From a virus (Duplodnaviria > Caudoviricetes), in the IMG/VR virus record IMGVR_UViG_3300027653_000015, positions 1-50,583 of that record: a DNA stretch of 50,583 bases; one strand, written 5' to 3'. The notes under the pieces were generated by a model. It searched no databases. It had not been told where the DNA came from and saw only the letters and a program-made list of their open reading frames with translations. The translations under genes and the position numbers were made by a program. Numbering within the stretch: the stretch's first letter is position 1; every line of letters starts with the position of its first letter. Below, in pieces: positions 9,334 through 19,121 of this stretch.

Positions 9334-10682
9334 TGACTAACTTCAACGATGAAGCGGTTTCCTCCAACCCATTCGGGGAGGCTTTATACCACTCGATGGA
9401 GCGAGTGGCTACTCGCATCGTGAAGCAAGAGGGTACGCGAATGCGCTGGGCGACCGTAGAGTCCACCGACCCGTTACGGATCCGGTATGACCGGGAAGAT
9501 GACCCTTCGTCGGTAGATCCGATAGATCTGGATGGCGGGCTATCTATAGGGGATCGGGTACGGGTGGCCTGGTTTAAGGGGCAGGCAACTATTCTGCCGC
9601 GGAGCGGGGGGCAGGGTGGCGGGGAGCGCGGGCCGAAGGGTGATCCCGGCTCTAAGTGGTATGAGTTTTCGACTGACAGCAATAGCAGCCCGGGGACGGC
9701 TGTGGGTATCGTGGGGGACTGGGCGATCAACGTTAACTCAGATCCGGCGTACGGTGGGCGCTTGTTTGAGAAAACGTCGTCTTGGATCTGGGAGTTTAGG
9801 ACACAACTTACCGGCCCGAAAGGCGATAAAGGTGACACGGGTCCGCAAGGTCCGAAGGGTGACAAGGGGGACACGGGGCCGAAGGGCGATACTGGCCCGG
9901 CGTCAACTGTCCCTGGCCCGGAAGGCCCGGAAGGCCCGCAGGGGCCGAAGGGCGATACTGGGAAGTCGATTCAGTACAACTGGTCGGGAACGCAACTTGG
10001 TGTGCGTCAGGAAGGTGACCCGTCTTATGACTACACCGACCTCCAGGGTCCGCAAGGTGATAAGGGCGAGAAGGGCGAAAAGGGCGACAAGGGCGATAAA
10101 GGTGACACGGGTCCGAAGGGAGATAAAGGTGACAAGGGCGATCCAGGAACGGTTGATAACGTTTCTTGGGGCGATGTCCAAGATAAGCCCTCCGAGTTCC
10201 CGCCTGAGCCGCATACTCATTGGCGGATCGAAACCTTACCCTCGCGCTGGGTGGGGTTCGCGGGAAACGATCAACTATCGTCGACAAGACAATCGATGGC
10301 CACCCAGTCTGGGGTGTCCATGCCGTCCGAACTTCAGCAGCAGTTCCCGCTCGTGGTGGCGCGTCTTGACGGCCCCTACCAGGTGCGGCTGGAGCGACTC
10401 GTTGGCACACTCCACCGCGACTATTTGCCGTACCGGATCGCGGCGGGCACTATAACCATAACCGGGTCGGGGAGCGCTAATACGTCGGTTTCGTTTTCGT
10501 TCCCTTCGGGAAGATTTACGACTACTCCCCGCCTTATCGCAGTTTCCGGGAACTCTAATTACAACGCCTACGTCGTTCCCGGAGGATTAAGCAGTAGCGG
10601 AGGTCAAGTGGGGCTGAGGCATCTGCAAAACAGTAATTGGACTGCTTCTATTACGGTGTACTGGGAGGCGGTGCAGACATGA
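9333..10682 (+). CDS. tail spike/fiber protein with collagen-like repeats
   Basis: N-terminal ATVESTDPLRIR...GDRV motif, two G-X-Y tracts and a beta-rich C-terminal domain. Confidence 0.8.
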   Translation: MTNFNDEAVSSNPFGEALYHSMERVATRIVKQEGTRMRWATVESTDPLRIRYDREDDPSSVDPIDLDGGLSIGDRVRVAWFKGQATILPRSGGQGGGERGPKGDPGSKWYEFSTDSNSSPGTAVGIVGDWAINVNSDPAYGGRLFEKTSSWIWEFRTQLTGPKGDKGDTGPQGPKGDKGDTGPKGDTGPASTVPGPEGPEGPQGPKGDTGKSIQYNWSGTQLGVRQEGDPSYDYTDLQGPQGDKGEKGEKGDKGDKGDTGPKGDKGDKGDPGTVDNVSWGDVQDKPSEFPPEPHTHWRIETLPSRWVGFAGNDQLSSTRQSMATQSGVSMPSELQQQFPLVVARLDGPYQVRLERLVGTLHRDYLPYRIAAGTITITGSGSANTSVSFSFPSGRFTTTPRLIAVSGNSNYNAYVVPGGLSSSGGQVGLRHLQNSNWTASITVYWEAVQT

Positions 10683-10975
10683 GACCTCACGTTTTTAATT
10701 ATGAAACCGTCTGCCGAACGCGCGGGTGTGAGAACGAAAACATCCCCATAAAATTACCTCGCTGGGACGGTAATCCGATTTGGTGCGGGGCGTGCTCCCG
10801 CCCGATCAACGCTGAGCCGACCGCTTGGCATATTCCCCCGACTGAGGAGGAACTCGGTATCGAGCCCGCCTCGCAGCGTGCCGCTGACCTGATCGCGTCA
10901 ATGACCCCGGAAGAGCGCGCGGAACTGGCTGCGCTGATTGCGCCTAAACCCGATTTAGGGAAGTCGGTGGAATGA
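10679..10975 (+). CDS. small Cys-motif protein following the tail fiber
   Basis: ATGA overlap with the fiber gene; CRTRGCEN...CGAC motif. Confidence 0.6.
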   Translation: MRPHVFNYETVCRTRGCENENIPIKLPRWDGNPIWCGACSRPINAEPTAWHIPPTEEELGIEPASQRAADLIASMTPEERAELAALIAPKPDLGKSVE

Positions 10976-11416
10976 GTGTCGGAACTACTCACGGATCAGG
11001 TAATCGCGATTATTGGCGCGGCCCTGGTGACTGGCGTCTTATCCCTAATCGGCATGCAAATCAAGCATCGGCACGAGGACGAAAAAGAACGCAGGGCGCA
11101 GCGCGCGGAGGATGAAAAAGAACGTAAAGAGGAGCGCGAAAAACGGGCTCAACAGGCGCGACTCTTGCAGGAGGCCTACGAAAAATTACTGGCGATTGAT
11201 CAATCGGTAAACAACCGGGACGAGCCGGTGACAGTCCAGTTAGACCGGATAGAGAAAAAGCAGGAGATCACGTTCGCTAGGCAGGCGCAGCACTCGCGTG
11301 ATATCAACGGTCTAAGGAAAGACATAAATCTGATGTATGACGATATCGGTCTCTTGCATCAGACTAATCGGAGAATTACCGAGCAAATCAATAATAAATT
11401 AGGAGGAAACTCGTGA
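10976..11416 (+). CDS. membrane-anchored coiled-coil protein (lysis cassette)
   Basis: N-terminal TM helix then a charged coiled coil; overlaps the endolysin start. Confidence 0.65.
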   Translation: MSELLTDQVIAIIGAALVTGVLSLIGMQIKHRHEDEKERRAQRAEDEKERKEEREKRAQQARLLQEAYEKLLAIDQSVNNRDEPVTVQLDRIEKKQEITFARQAQHSRDINGLRKDINLMYDDIGLLHQTNRRITEQINNKLGGNS

Positions 11417-12294
11417 AAATTATTTCAAGATCCGAGTGGACTAGCGGCAAGACGGGCTCAAACGGCACCTACCGGGACGTTCTCGGGATGGTGGCACACT
11501 GGCCCGCAGACGGCTACAAAACCCACTCTGGCGACCGTGCGCACGTTAAAGCCATGCTCCAGTCGTACCGGCGCTACCACGTCGGCACGCGCGGCTGGCA
11601 GGACATCGGGTACAACTTCGCCATCGATATGGCAGGCAACGTTTGGGAGGGGCGCGGGATGCGCAACGTCGGGGCGCACTGCGCCTCGGCAGCAAACCCG
11701 GGAGCAAACACGCGCTACGTCGGCGTGATCTTCATTGTCGGCTCGCAGCAAGACCTGACCCCCAAAGCAGTGGCCGCTTTCTACGACCTGCAAAAAGAAG
11801 TGCTCAAGGCGTTTCCTGGCGCTACGCAGGTTTTAGGGCATCGTCAGGTGCGGGGCGCGTCCACGACTTGTCCGGGCAACCGTGTGCTGGCCGCCTTGAG
11901 CGGCCAGAAGCCCGCTCCATCCAAGACCGCACCGTCTAAGTCAGGCGGGAAGAAAGGTCAGATGGTCGGCCCGGAGTACAAGTTCCCGATGCCGAGTGAC
12001 CACTATTTCGGGCCGAAAGAGCAGGGGCCGAAATCACGCAGCGGCTACTACCCTAAAAAGTTCTCGGGCAAGACTGACCGTCAGTGGCTGATCGAGTTCG
12101 GTAAGCAACTCGCGCGGCGTGGTTGGTCGGTGGGCAAGGGTAAGACCTGGCTCAAGAAGTATGGAAACAACGGCTATTACGGCCCGGAATATAACGCCCT
12201 GATTAAGAAGTTCCAGTCCAATATGGGCTTGCGCGCTAACGGCGCACTCGGCCCGGATACCTGGAACGCGGCGTTTAATCAACCCATCAAATAG
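11413..12294 (+). CDS. endolysin: N-acetylmuramoyl-L-alanine amidase plus peptidoglycan-binding domain
   Basis: VAHW, GWQDIGYNF, EGRG..VGAH and GHR...STTCPG amidase_2 motifs; C-terminal FQ..GL.A.G..GP.TW. Confidence 0.92.
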   Translation: MKIISRSEWTSGKTGSNGTYRDVLGMVAHWPADGYKTHSGDRAHVKAMLQSYRRYHVGTRGWQDIGYNFAIDMAGNVWEGRGMRNVGAHCASAANPGANTRYVGVIFIVGSQQDLTPKAVAAFYDLQKEVLKAFPGATQVLGHRQVRGASTTCPGNRVLAALSGQKPAPSKTAPSKSGGKKGQMVGPEYKFPMPSDHYFGPKEQGPKSRSGYYPKKFSGKTDRQWLIEFGKQLARRGWSVGKGKTWLKKYGNNGYYGPEYNALIKKFQSNMGLRANGALGPDTWNAAFNQPIK

Positions 12295-12307
12295 GTGAAG
12301 GAGCGAC

Positions 12308-12562
12308 ATGCCTACTTCTAAGTTCTTAAACGGCACCCAGAAAGCAGTAGCGGCGTTCATTGTCACGCTAGTAACGAGCGCACTGACCGCGATGCTCACC
12401 GCGATTCAGGCCGCACCGGAAGGCAGCGGTCTGGGAGATCTCGATACGGCCGCCTGGATCACTATTGCGCTGGCGGTGCTGACCTCGACGGGGCTGGCAA
12501 CTGGCGCGGTGTATCAGGTGCGGAACCGACCCCGGGAGCCTGAAAATACTCAGGTCGAATAA
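12308..12562 (+). CDS. holin
   Basis: 84 aa with two TM segments, directly after the endolysin. Confidence 0.75.
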   Translation: MPTSKFLNGTQKAVAAFIVTLVTSALTAMLTAIQAAPEGSGLGDLDTAAWITIALAVLTSTGLATGAVYQVRNRPREPENTQVE

Positions 12563-12574
12563 TCTAAGCAGCGT

Positions 12575-12623
12575 GTAGAACCCCGTCCCTTCGACCCGGC
12601 TTCCCCTGGGGACGGGGTTTTAC
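12575..12623 (+). terminator. intrinsic terminator-like hairpin with long loop
   Basis: GTAGAACCCCGTCCC / GGGACGGGGTTTTAC arms after the holin. Confidence 0.7.
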
Positions 12624-12635
12624 TATGTCTAATGA

Positions 12636-12655
12636 TGTGTTACAATAAAAACACA
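12636..12655 (+). promoter_or_regulatory. TGTG-N12-CACA promoter/operator, copy 1
   Basis: TGTGt TACAAT aaaaa CACA upstream of the polymerase. Confidence 0.8.
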
Positions 12656-12671
12656 AGTGGAAGGAACGGAA

Positions 12672-14699
12672 TTGGCATCTGAAAAAATTAATATCGCTTG
12701 GGCAATGACAGATGAAGATCTGAAATACTTGGAGGTAGCGATACGGACTTCTCACCGGGCAGTCTTTGACCTTGAAACTACGGGGCTGGATGAACACGCA
12801 ACGACGGGCGGGAGATCGAACGGAGGGATAGCGGCGCGCATAGTGATGGCGTCGTTTACGTTGGATCTGGAGGACAGTAATCGGGTAGCGAATTGGGTGC
12901 TACCGCTGTCGCATCCTCAGAGCCCATTCCTGGGCATGTGGCGCGAGACCATTACGAGGATCGCGAAAGTTTTACGAGAAGAAAAGATCCCGCTAACGGG
13001 GCACAACGTGAAGTTCGATGTGCGCTGGATCCAGGCCATAACCGGAGTGGACCTAACGGATCAGGTGGAGTGGGACACTCAGATCAGCAGCGGGCTGGAG
13101 GACGAAAACGACTCGACGAAACTGGAGAAACGAGCGGCACGGGTTTTCGGTATCGACGAATGGGGCGCGGACTTGAACCTCACTTTCCCAGGGGCAGCGG
13201 AGCAAGAGGACCTATTCAAACTCGGCGAGTACGCCGCACGAGACACCTACTACACTCACAAACTCCTGGAATATCACCGAGAACTATTTTTCCTGGGCGA
13301 AGAAGATTTTCCAGAAGGACCGGAAGAAGTTTCCACGGCGCGGATCGGGCTACTGGCGAAAGAGGTAGCGATGCCCACGGTGGCCGGTCTGACGAAAATG
13401 GAGCAGCGCGGAATCCTCCTCGATGTGAAGTGGGCGCGAGAAGCCCTAGAAGCCGATTTGCGGGCCTCAAATGAGGCGCTGGAGTATTTGGTAGCGGAAG
13501 TGCCGTCGGAGCGCTTAAACCCGCAGCACGTGAGTCTGGCGCCCACTTCTAAGTGGTTTGCTACCTGGGCAGAAGAAGCGGAGGCCGCCGGAAAACTTGA
13601 AGTCGTGGCGACGACGGACACCGGGCGTCCGCAGTGGAATCGAAAAGCCCTGAGCAGTTTGGCGCGGCGCGGGTTCACGCTGGCAGAAAAACTACTGGAT
13701 CACAGGCGCCACTTGAAGCGGGCGGAGTTCCTGAAGTCATGGCTGGACAAGGTGACCCCTAACGGAACGATCCATTCCACTTACCGAGTGGGCGGAGCCG
13801 TGACCGGTCGCCTGAGTTCGAGTGGGCCGAACATGCAGCAAGTAACGTACGCCCTTCGGCCCGCATTCATCCCACGACCCGGCTACGTGATGGCAGATAT
13901 TGACTATTCGCAGATCGAGATGCGGGTGGCCGCTCACGTAAGCGGATGCGAACCGATGATCGAGGCATTTAATTCTGGACAGGATCTGCACCGAATTATC
14001 GCGCGGCAGATTATGCAGCAACGCGAAAATCACGAGGCGATTCTTACGGGAGAAGAACCACATATAGTGACTCTGGACGAAGTCACGGCAGACGAAAGAC
14101 AAGCCGGGAAAGCCGCAAACTTTGGTCTGTTATTTGGGATGGGTCCGGGAGGCTTCCGGAATTACGCAGAAGAGGCCTACGACGTAATCCTTTCCGGGGA
14201 AGAAGCCAACGCTGCCTACGAGGCGTTTTTCACGACCTGGGAAGGTCTTGCGGAATGGCACTTGCGGATGATTGCACGAGCGAAACGCTACGGATATGTC
14301 ACGAGCCCGATAGGGCGGGTACGGCGCTTACCAGATATCCACAGTCCGATACAGAAACTAGCGAGCGGATCGGAGCGTTTGGCGATCAACGCGCCGGTGC
14401 AGGGCTTTGCTTCCGACCTGATGCAAATGGCAACCGCCTCAATTCAAGGGCTGATCCCCGGTTATGAGCGAGTGGAGGGGGCGTATCCGGTAGCCACGGT
14501 CCACGACTCGGTAGTGCTGGAAGTCCCTGAAAACAACTGGGAGGAAGTGACTCGGGAAGCGATGGAACGCATGGTGAACGTGAACCCGGTTCTACGGCGC
14601 ATGGATTGCGAACTGATTGTCCCGCTAGCAGCGGAGGCAGTGATCGGAACGAGGTGGGGCCTATCGGATGTGGGAGAACTAGAAGTAGTCACCACGTGA
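12672..14699 (+). CDS. polA: DNA polymerase I (family A) with 3'-5' exonuclease
   Basis: DLETTG, HNVKFD, TGRLSS, DYSQIEMR, KAANFGLLFG and TVHDS motifs. TTG 12672 follows GGAAGGA; the ORF is open from 12657. Confidence 0.95.
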   Translation: MASEKINIAWAMTDEDLKYLEVAIRTSHRAVFDLETTGLDEHATTGGRSNGGIAARIVMASFTLDLEDSNRVANWVLPLSHPQSPFLGMWRETITRIAKVLREEKIPLTGHNVKFDVRWIQAITGVDLTDQVEWDTQISSGLEDENDSTKLEKRAARVFGIDEWGADLNLTFPGAAEQEDLFKLGEYAARDTYYTHKLLEYHRELFFLGEEDFPEGPEEVSTARIGLLAKEVAMPTVAGLTKMEQRGILLDVKWAREALEADLRASNEALEYLVAEVPSERLNPQHVSLAPTSKWFATWAEEAEAAGKLEVVATTDTGRPQWNRKALSSLARRGFTLAEKLLDHRRHLKRAEFLKSWLDKVTPNGTIHSTYRVGGAVTGRLSSSGPNMQQVTYALRPAFIPRPGYVMADIDYSQIEMRVAAHVSGCEPMIEAFNSGQDLHRIIARQIMQQRENHEAILTGEEPHIVTLDEVTADERQAGKAANFGLLFGMGPGGFRNYAEEAYDVILSGEEANAAYEAFFTTWEGLAEWHLRMIARAKRYGYVTSPIGRVRRLPDIHSPIQKLASGSERLAINAPVQGFASDLMQMATASIQGLIPGYERVEGAYPVATVHDSVVLEVPENNWEEVTREAMERMVNVNPVLRRMDCELIVPLAAEAVIGTRWGLSDVGELEVVTT

Positions 14700-14738
14700 T
14701 ACAGTAATGTTACATATTGGGTACAAAAGGAGAGGAAA

Positions 14739-14948
14739 ATGAGTAACGAAAAAACGACTCGGCGCAGGCCGCCCACGACTACTCGATCAATTCGCTGCAC
14801 GCCGGAATCCTGGCGCAAGGCGCAGATCCGGGCAGATAAAGAGGGCGTTACCTTGACCCACGTTCTTCGGGAGTTCGTGGAAGGCTATGCCAACGGTCAG
14901 TTGGATCTCCCCAAGGTGATTAAGGTATTCAAGAACCCGAACGAATGA
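14739..14948 (+). CDS. ribbon-helix-helix DNA-binding protein
   Basis: 69 aa; TRSIRC strand followed by W..AQ.RA..EGVTLTHVLREFV helices. Confidence 0.7.
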   Translation: MSNEKTTRRRPPTTTRSIRCTPESWRKAQIRADKEGVTLTHVLREFVEGYANGQLDLPKVIKVFKNPNE

Positions 14949-15014
14949 AAAAAAAGAACCGCTGACTCCGGGCGATCATCGAAGTCAGCGGTTCAGATAC
15001 CGAAAGCAGGTCAT

Positions 15015-17192
15015 ATGGCTAATGACGGATACCCCGACTCTATCACAGGATCGGGGCAGATTAAGGACGCCCTGGAAGCCGTTCGCCGGGGCTACACCCC
15101 GATACCGATAAGAACGAAAGCAAAGGCCCCTAATCTCCCCGCCTGGACGCGGGTGACTTGGAAAGATTCGTCGGAGCAAGAAGTCCGGGAACAGTTCGAG
15201 GAATGGGCCGAACAGGGGATGACGAATCTGGGGCTACTTCTTGGGGAAGCCTCGGGCGGCCTGGTGGACGTGGACCTGGACCATCACCACGCGATGCGGC
15301 TCAAAAACTATTTTCTCCCGCCGACCCCGATGCGCACCGGAAGAGAATCTCGGGCAAACAGTCACTACTGGTATCTGGTAAAAGAGGGGACACTACCGGG
15401 CAACCGCCGCCACAAGATGCCGGACGGATCCATCTCGGTGGAGTTGCGCAGCACGAAAAGCCAGACAGTTATTCCCCCATCGATCCATCCCTCGGGAGAG
15501 CGTTACACCTGGGAAGATGAACCCTGGGGCGGGGAGAGCGGTCCGAAAGTCATTGACGGGCGCTTACTGGCGCTACAGGTGGCGACCCTTGGACTCGCGG
15601 CAGTGCTGATCGAGAACTGGCCGGGCGCGGGCGGGCGTAATGAAGCCTATCTCGCGCTGGCCGGATCTCTGTTGCGCTACGGAGATTCCGGGGTACACCC
15701 TTTCTGGGAACGGAACCTCCGGGCGCTGATACATGCACTAGCGGACGCTACCCACGACGACGACGGACCGGAGACCCGGATCTCGGAAGTCATGGACGCC
15801 ACGATCAACCGACTGCGAGAAGGAAAAAAGGTAGTTGGCTACGGGAAACTAGCGGAGATCCTGGGGGAAGAACACGTTAAACAGATTCGGGTGATGGTGC
15901 GGGACGTAGAATCCGCAGCCGGTTTCGTGCATGAAGTGCCAGAAGTTGTGGACACAGGAACAACCACAAGCACGAGCACGACAACCGAGGTCGAGATCGA
16001 AGCGGTGGACACCGAGCCCGGGACAGAAAATCCGCTGGATTTACGGGAAACATCCTGGTCACCGGTGGACCTAGACCCCTACCTTGCGGGAGAGATTAAA
16101 ACTCCAGACGCCGATATTATGGAACGCGAAGATGGGGCGGGGCTAATGTATCGGGGGCGCGTGAACATGCTCTACGGATCTTCGGAGACGGCCAAAAGTT
16201 GGATAGCGCTCTATACATGTATGCAAGAAATTGCACGCGGGGAGCGCGTGATTTACCTGGACTTCGAGGATGAACCGGAGAACACGCTAAGCCGACTGGG
16301 AGCGCTGGGGGCGGCCCCGGACGATATTAGGTTGCAGTTCACTTACATTCGGCCAGAAGAACCCTTGGCGCCGATGCAGCGCAATAAGTTCGGATCGCAG
16401 ATAACTTCAGTGGGGCAGGCGAACCACTACGCCTTGAACACGGCGCTAACGGATATCGACCCCTCGTTGATCGTGGCAGACGGGATGACCGAGTTATACG
16501 GGATGCACGGTCTGGATCCGAACGACGCCATGAGCACGGCAGTAATCACGTCGTGGCTGAAATCGCTGGCGCGGAACGGGCGCACCACGGTAATCATTAT
16601 CGATCACACGAATAAGAGCGCAGTAAAAGGATCTCTGCCGACTGGGAGCCAACACAAGCAGGCGATGGTCCAGGGCACCCTGCTTCAGGTGTGGCCCCTT
16701 CGCCAGCCGATGCCGGGCGCAGTGGGAGAGGTGGAATTGGTGGTCGTGAAGGATCGCCCTGGGAAGGTGCGCAAGATCAGCGTGCGGTCGGGGGAGAAGG
16801 CGCAAGTCAGTGCGAAGGTTGTCTTGGACAGCAGCAAGGCCGAAGGGGAGACGGAACTTCGGATAACGGTACCGCCGAACACGGCTCCGGAGGGCGGAGG
16901 ATCTCAGATAACGGTGGATCTTGCGGTGAGCAGAGACGCAGATCGGGCGGAAGCGCAACGGCGCTGGGAAGAACGAATCGCGCGGAACGCTTTCGAGGGC
17001 GACCTGGACAAGAAAATGAGACTCCAGGAGATCCACGAAATTATGGACTCGTTTGGAAACCGCGCCTCAGTGAACGCGGCGATGAAACGCATGTTGGCCT
17101 CGGGGCAGATCGTGAAAGAAAAGGGCAAGAGCGAGGGGCGGGGACGTCCGCCGTGGCTGTACTCGCTGACGATGGCCGGGTTCGATGCGTAG
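15015..17192 (+). CDS. bifunctional primase/polymerase fused to AAA (RepA-like) helicase
   Basis: NLG.LLG..SGGLVDVDLD, SHYWY and PPSIHPSG Prim-Pol motifs; C-terminal P-loop GSSETAKS, YLDFED, IIDH. Confidence 0.88.
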   Translation: MANDGYPDSITGSGQIKDALEAVRRGYTPIPIRTKAKAPNLPAWTRVTWKDSSEQEVREQFEEWAEQGMTNLGLLLGEASGGLVDVDLDHHHAMRLKNYFLPPTPMRTGRESRANSHYWYLVKEGTLPGNRRHKMPDGSISVELRSTKSQTVIPPSIHPSGERYTWEDEPWGGESGPKVIDGRLLALQVATLGLAAVLIENWPGAGGRNEAYLALAGSLLRYGDSGVHPFWERNLRALIHALADATHDDDGPETRISEVMDATINRLREGKKVVGYGKLAEILGEEHVKQIRVMVRDVESAAGFVHEVPEVVDTGTTTSTSTTTEVEIEAVDTEPGTENPLDLRETSWSPVDLDPYLAGEIKTPDADIMEREDGAGLMYRGRVNMLYGSSETAKSWIALYTCMQEIARGERVIYLDFEDEPENTLSRLGALGAAPDDIRLQFTYIRPEEPLAPMQRNKFGSQITSVGQANHYALNTALTDIDPSLIVADGMTELYGMHGLDPNDAMSTAVITSWLKSLARNGRTTVIIIDHTNKSAVKGSLPTGSQHKQAMVQGTLLQVWPLRQPMPGAVGEVELVVVKDRPGKVRKISVRSGEKAQVSAKVVLDSSKAEGETELRITVPPNTAPEGGGSQITVDLAVSRDADRAEAQRRWEERIARNAFEGDLDKKMRLQEIHEIMDSFGNRASVNAAMKRMLASGQIVKEKGKSEGRGRPPWLYSLTMAGFDA

Positions 17193-17197
17193 CCTAA

Positions 17198-17217
17198 TGT
17201 GATACAATAAAAACACA
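17198..17217 (+). promoter_or_regulatory. TGTG-N12-CACA promoter/operator, copy 2
   Basis: TGTGa TACAAT aaaaa CACA. Confidence 0.8.
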
Positions 17218-17235
17218 ACTAACTAGGAGGGAACC

Positions 17236-17364
17236 ATGAGACATCGCCGTACGGTAAAAATTGACTGGGTCGAGGTAATTTTTTCGGTCCTGGCCGCAGT
17301 GAGTTTCGTAGGAGTATGTTACCTCGGTGCAGTGGTAGCGATAGCAATTCTGGAGCGGATGTAG
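17236..17364 (+). CDS. small membrane protein (42 aa, absent from ORF track)
   Basis: AGGAGG RBS; MRHRRTVKIDWVEVIFSVLAAVSFVGVCYLGAVVAIAILERM; stop overlaps the helicase GTG. Confidence 0.65.
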   Translation: MRHRRTVKIDWVEVIFSVLAAVSFVGVCYLGAVVAIAILERM

Positions 17365-18983
17365 TGAGTAACAAGTTCCAGTTCGGGGGGCGACCTCGGA
17401 TGCCGCACCAGATTAAAGGACTTAAGTTTCTGATTGAAAAGAAGGGAATCGGGGCACTGTTCTGGGATCCGGGGGTGGGGAAAACTGCTCCTACTTGGGA
17501 CTACCTATCGGTACTGGCCTTGAAGTCTCCCGCTCAGGAGGTGCGGGTGCTAGTGGTGGCCCCGATTGCAGCCGTAGACACCTGGGTGAATCAGGCCAAA
17601 GAGTGGGCCTCGCCGCAAGTATCGGTGTGGGCCGAAGTGGTCGGGGGATCGATACGGCAAAAAGGGGACACGCTGGCAGTGCGGGCGGGGAACCCTCGAA
17701 AAAGGGGCAAAGGCGATTCTAGGGCCTTCCAGAGTCGGGGGGATGGTTTAGGTAGGGCGCAGGTGTTCTGGGCGCGTGGGCCGTCTGGTGGGGGCGATTT
17801 AAGGGTGCTCAGCCCGGACGACCTGCCGGGACCGCGAGTAATCCTATGCGCAGTGAACATCGATGCGTTTTCATCTCGGGCAGCGTGGGGATCTAGAACG
17901 ATGGCTGATTACATGCTGGAGTCAGTGAAAAGATTTCAACCGGAAGTGGCAGTGGTGGATGAAAGTCACTTGATCAAGGGGACCTCTTCGAACACCTCCA
18001 GTTTGCTGGGGCGGATCGGAAAACACGTACCGCGCCGAATAATTTTGACGGGAACTCCGATGCCTAATGGTCCCTTGGATATCTACGGGCAGTGGCGCTT
18101 CCTGGCTCCGCAGGCTTTTAGCAAGCACGTGGGCAGTCCGCGAGACACGACCTACGGAGACTTCGAGGAACGCTACGCCCGAAAAGGCGGGTACATGGGA
18201 AAGCAAGTCATGGGCTACCAGAACCTAGACGAATTGCGTCGGGTAGTGGCAGAAAACGCGATGGTAGTTCGGAAGCGGGACGCTTTGAAAGATCTCCCGT
18301 CGTACACCGACAACGTGGTACCGGTTCACCTGAGTCCCAAGGAGCAACGAGCCTACGACGAAATGAAGAAAAACCTCGCGGTGGAGTTCGCGGGAGAGGT
18401 AATAATCGCGGGGAACCGATTAGCGCAGGCGATGCGGCTACGGCAGATAACCTCGGGGTACTTGCCAGCCAAAGACGGAGGCGAAGAACTGGGCGGATCC
18501 AAAACTAAGGCGATAACTTCCATCGTGAACGAAACGCTAATTGGAGAGAACCGCGTGATCGTGTTCGTGAACTTCTCTCGGGACATACAGAACTTACAGA
18601 AATCTATTGGGCGGGATAAGAACACTCGGGTAGAAATAATCTCGGGGGGAGTACCGGCGGACAAGCGGATAGAGATCCGGGAGCGGTTCGGAAACACGCG
18701 GAAACATCCGGAGCGCATAGTGCTAGTAGCGCAGATCTCGACGGTGAGCATGTCCATTAACGAGTTCGTGACTGCGAGCCATGCTGTGTTTGGATCACTG
18801 ACTCAGCGGCGCGATGACCACGTGCAAGCACGAGACCGCCTCCATCGGAACGGGCAGACTCGACCGGTGACGTTTTGGTACGCCCTGGCTCCAGGGACCG
18901 TGGACGAAGTTATTTTCGATGCGTACTTGAAGAAAACTTCTCTGGAGGCGGGCATCTTGAAGCACATCCGGGAGGCCGGATAG
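17364..18983 (+). CDS. SNF2-family (SF2) DNA helicase
   Basis: DPGVGKT, DESH, LTGTP and QARDRLHRNGQ motifs. Confidence 0.9.
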   Translation: MSNKFQFGGRPRMPHQIKGLKFLIEKKGIGALFWDPGVGKTAPTWDYLSVLALKSPAQEVRVLVVAPIAAVDTWVNQAKEWASPQVSVWAEVVGGSIRQKGDTLAVRAGNPRKRGKGDSRAFQSRGDGLGRAQVFWARGPSGGGDLRVLSPDDLPGPRVILCAVNIDAFSSRAAWGSRTMADYMLESVKRFQPEVAVVDESHLIKGTSSNTSSLLGRIGKHVPRRIILTGTPMPNGPLDIYGQWRFLAPQAFSKHVGSPRDTTYGDFEERYARKGGYMGKQVMGYQNLDELRRVVAENAMVVRKRDALKDLPSYTDNVVPVHLSPKEQRAYDEMKKNLAVEFAGEVIIAGNRLAQAMRLRQITSGYLPAKDGGEELGGSKTKAITSIVNETLIGENRVIVFVNFSRDIQNLQKSIGRDKNTRVEIISGGVPADKRIEIRERFGNTRKHPERIVLVAQISTVSMSINEFVTASHAVFGSLTQRRDDHVQARDRLHRNGQTRPVTFWYALAPGTVDEVIFDAYLKKTSLEAGILKHIREAG

Positions 18984-19012
18984 TGTGATACAATTAGGTA
19001 GCAAAACCTCTC

Positions 19013-19100
19013 ATTAATTATTTATTTTATTTATTCCCCCTTAATCCCCCTTTAGGGGGATATTAAGGGGGTGGGTAGTAGTAGAAAAATTAAAAATAAA
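19013..19100. repeat. second AT-rich palindrome with CCCCCTTTAGGGGG core
   Basis: CCCCCTTAAT (19036-45) pairs with ATTAAGGGGG (19062-71) around the same core; T-rich left flank and A-rich right flank. Confidence 0.8.
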
Positions 19101-19121
19101 ACACGCGACGGAAGGGACCGC

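Noticed and set aside
9822-10115. 24-nt direct repeat in the tail fiber as a DGR or shufflon signature
   Set aside because: Explained by collagen GDKGDTGP codons; no reverse transcriptase or invertase is present.
12636-12655. TGTG...CACA as a host CRP/GlxR site
   Set aside because: CRP sites are TGTGA-N6-TCACA (8 nt between TGTG and CACA); the spacing here is always 12.
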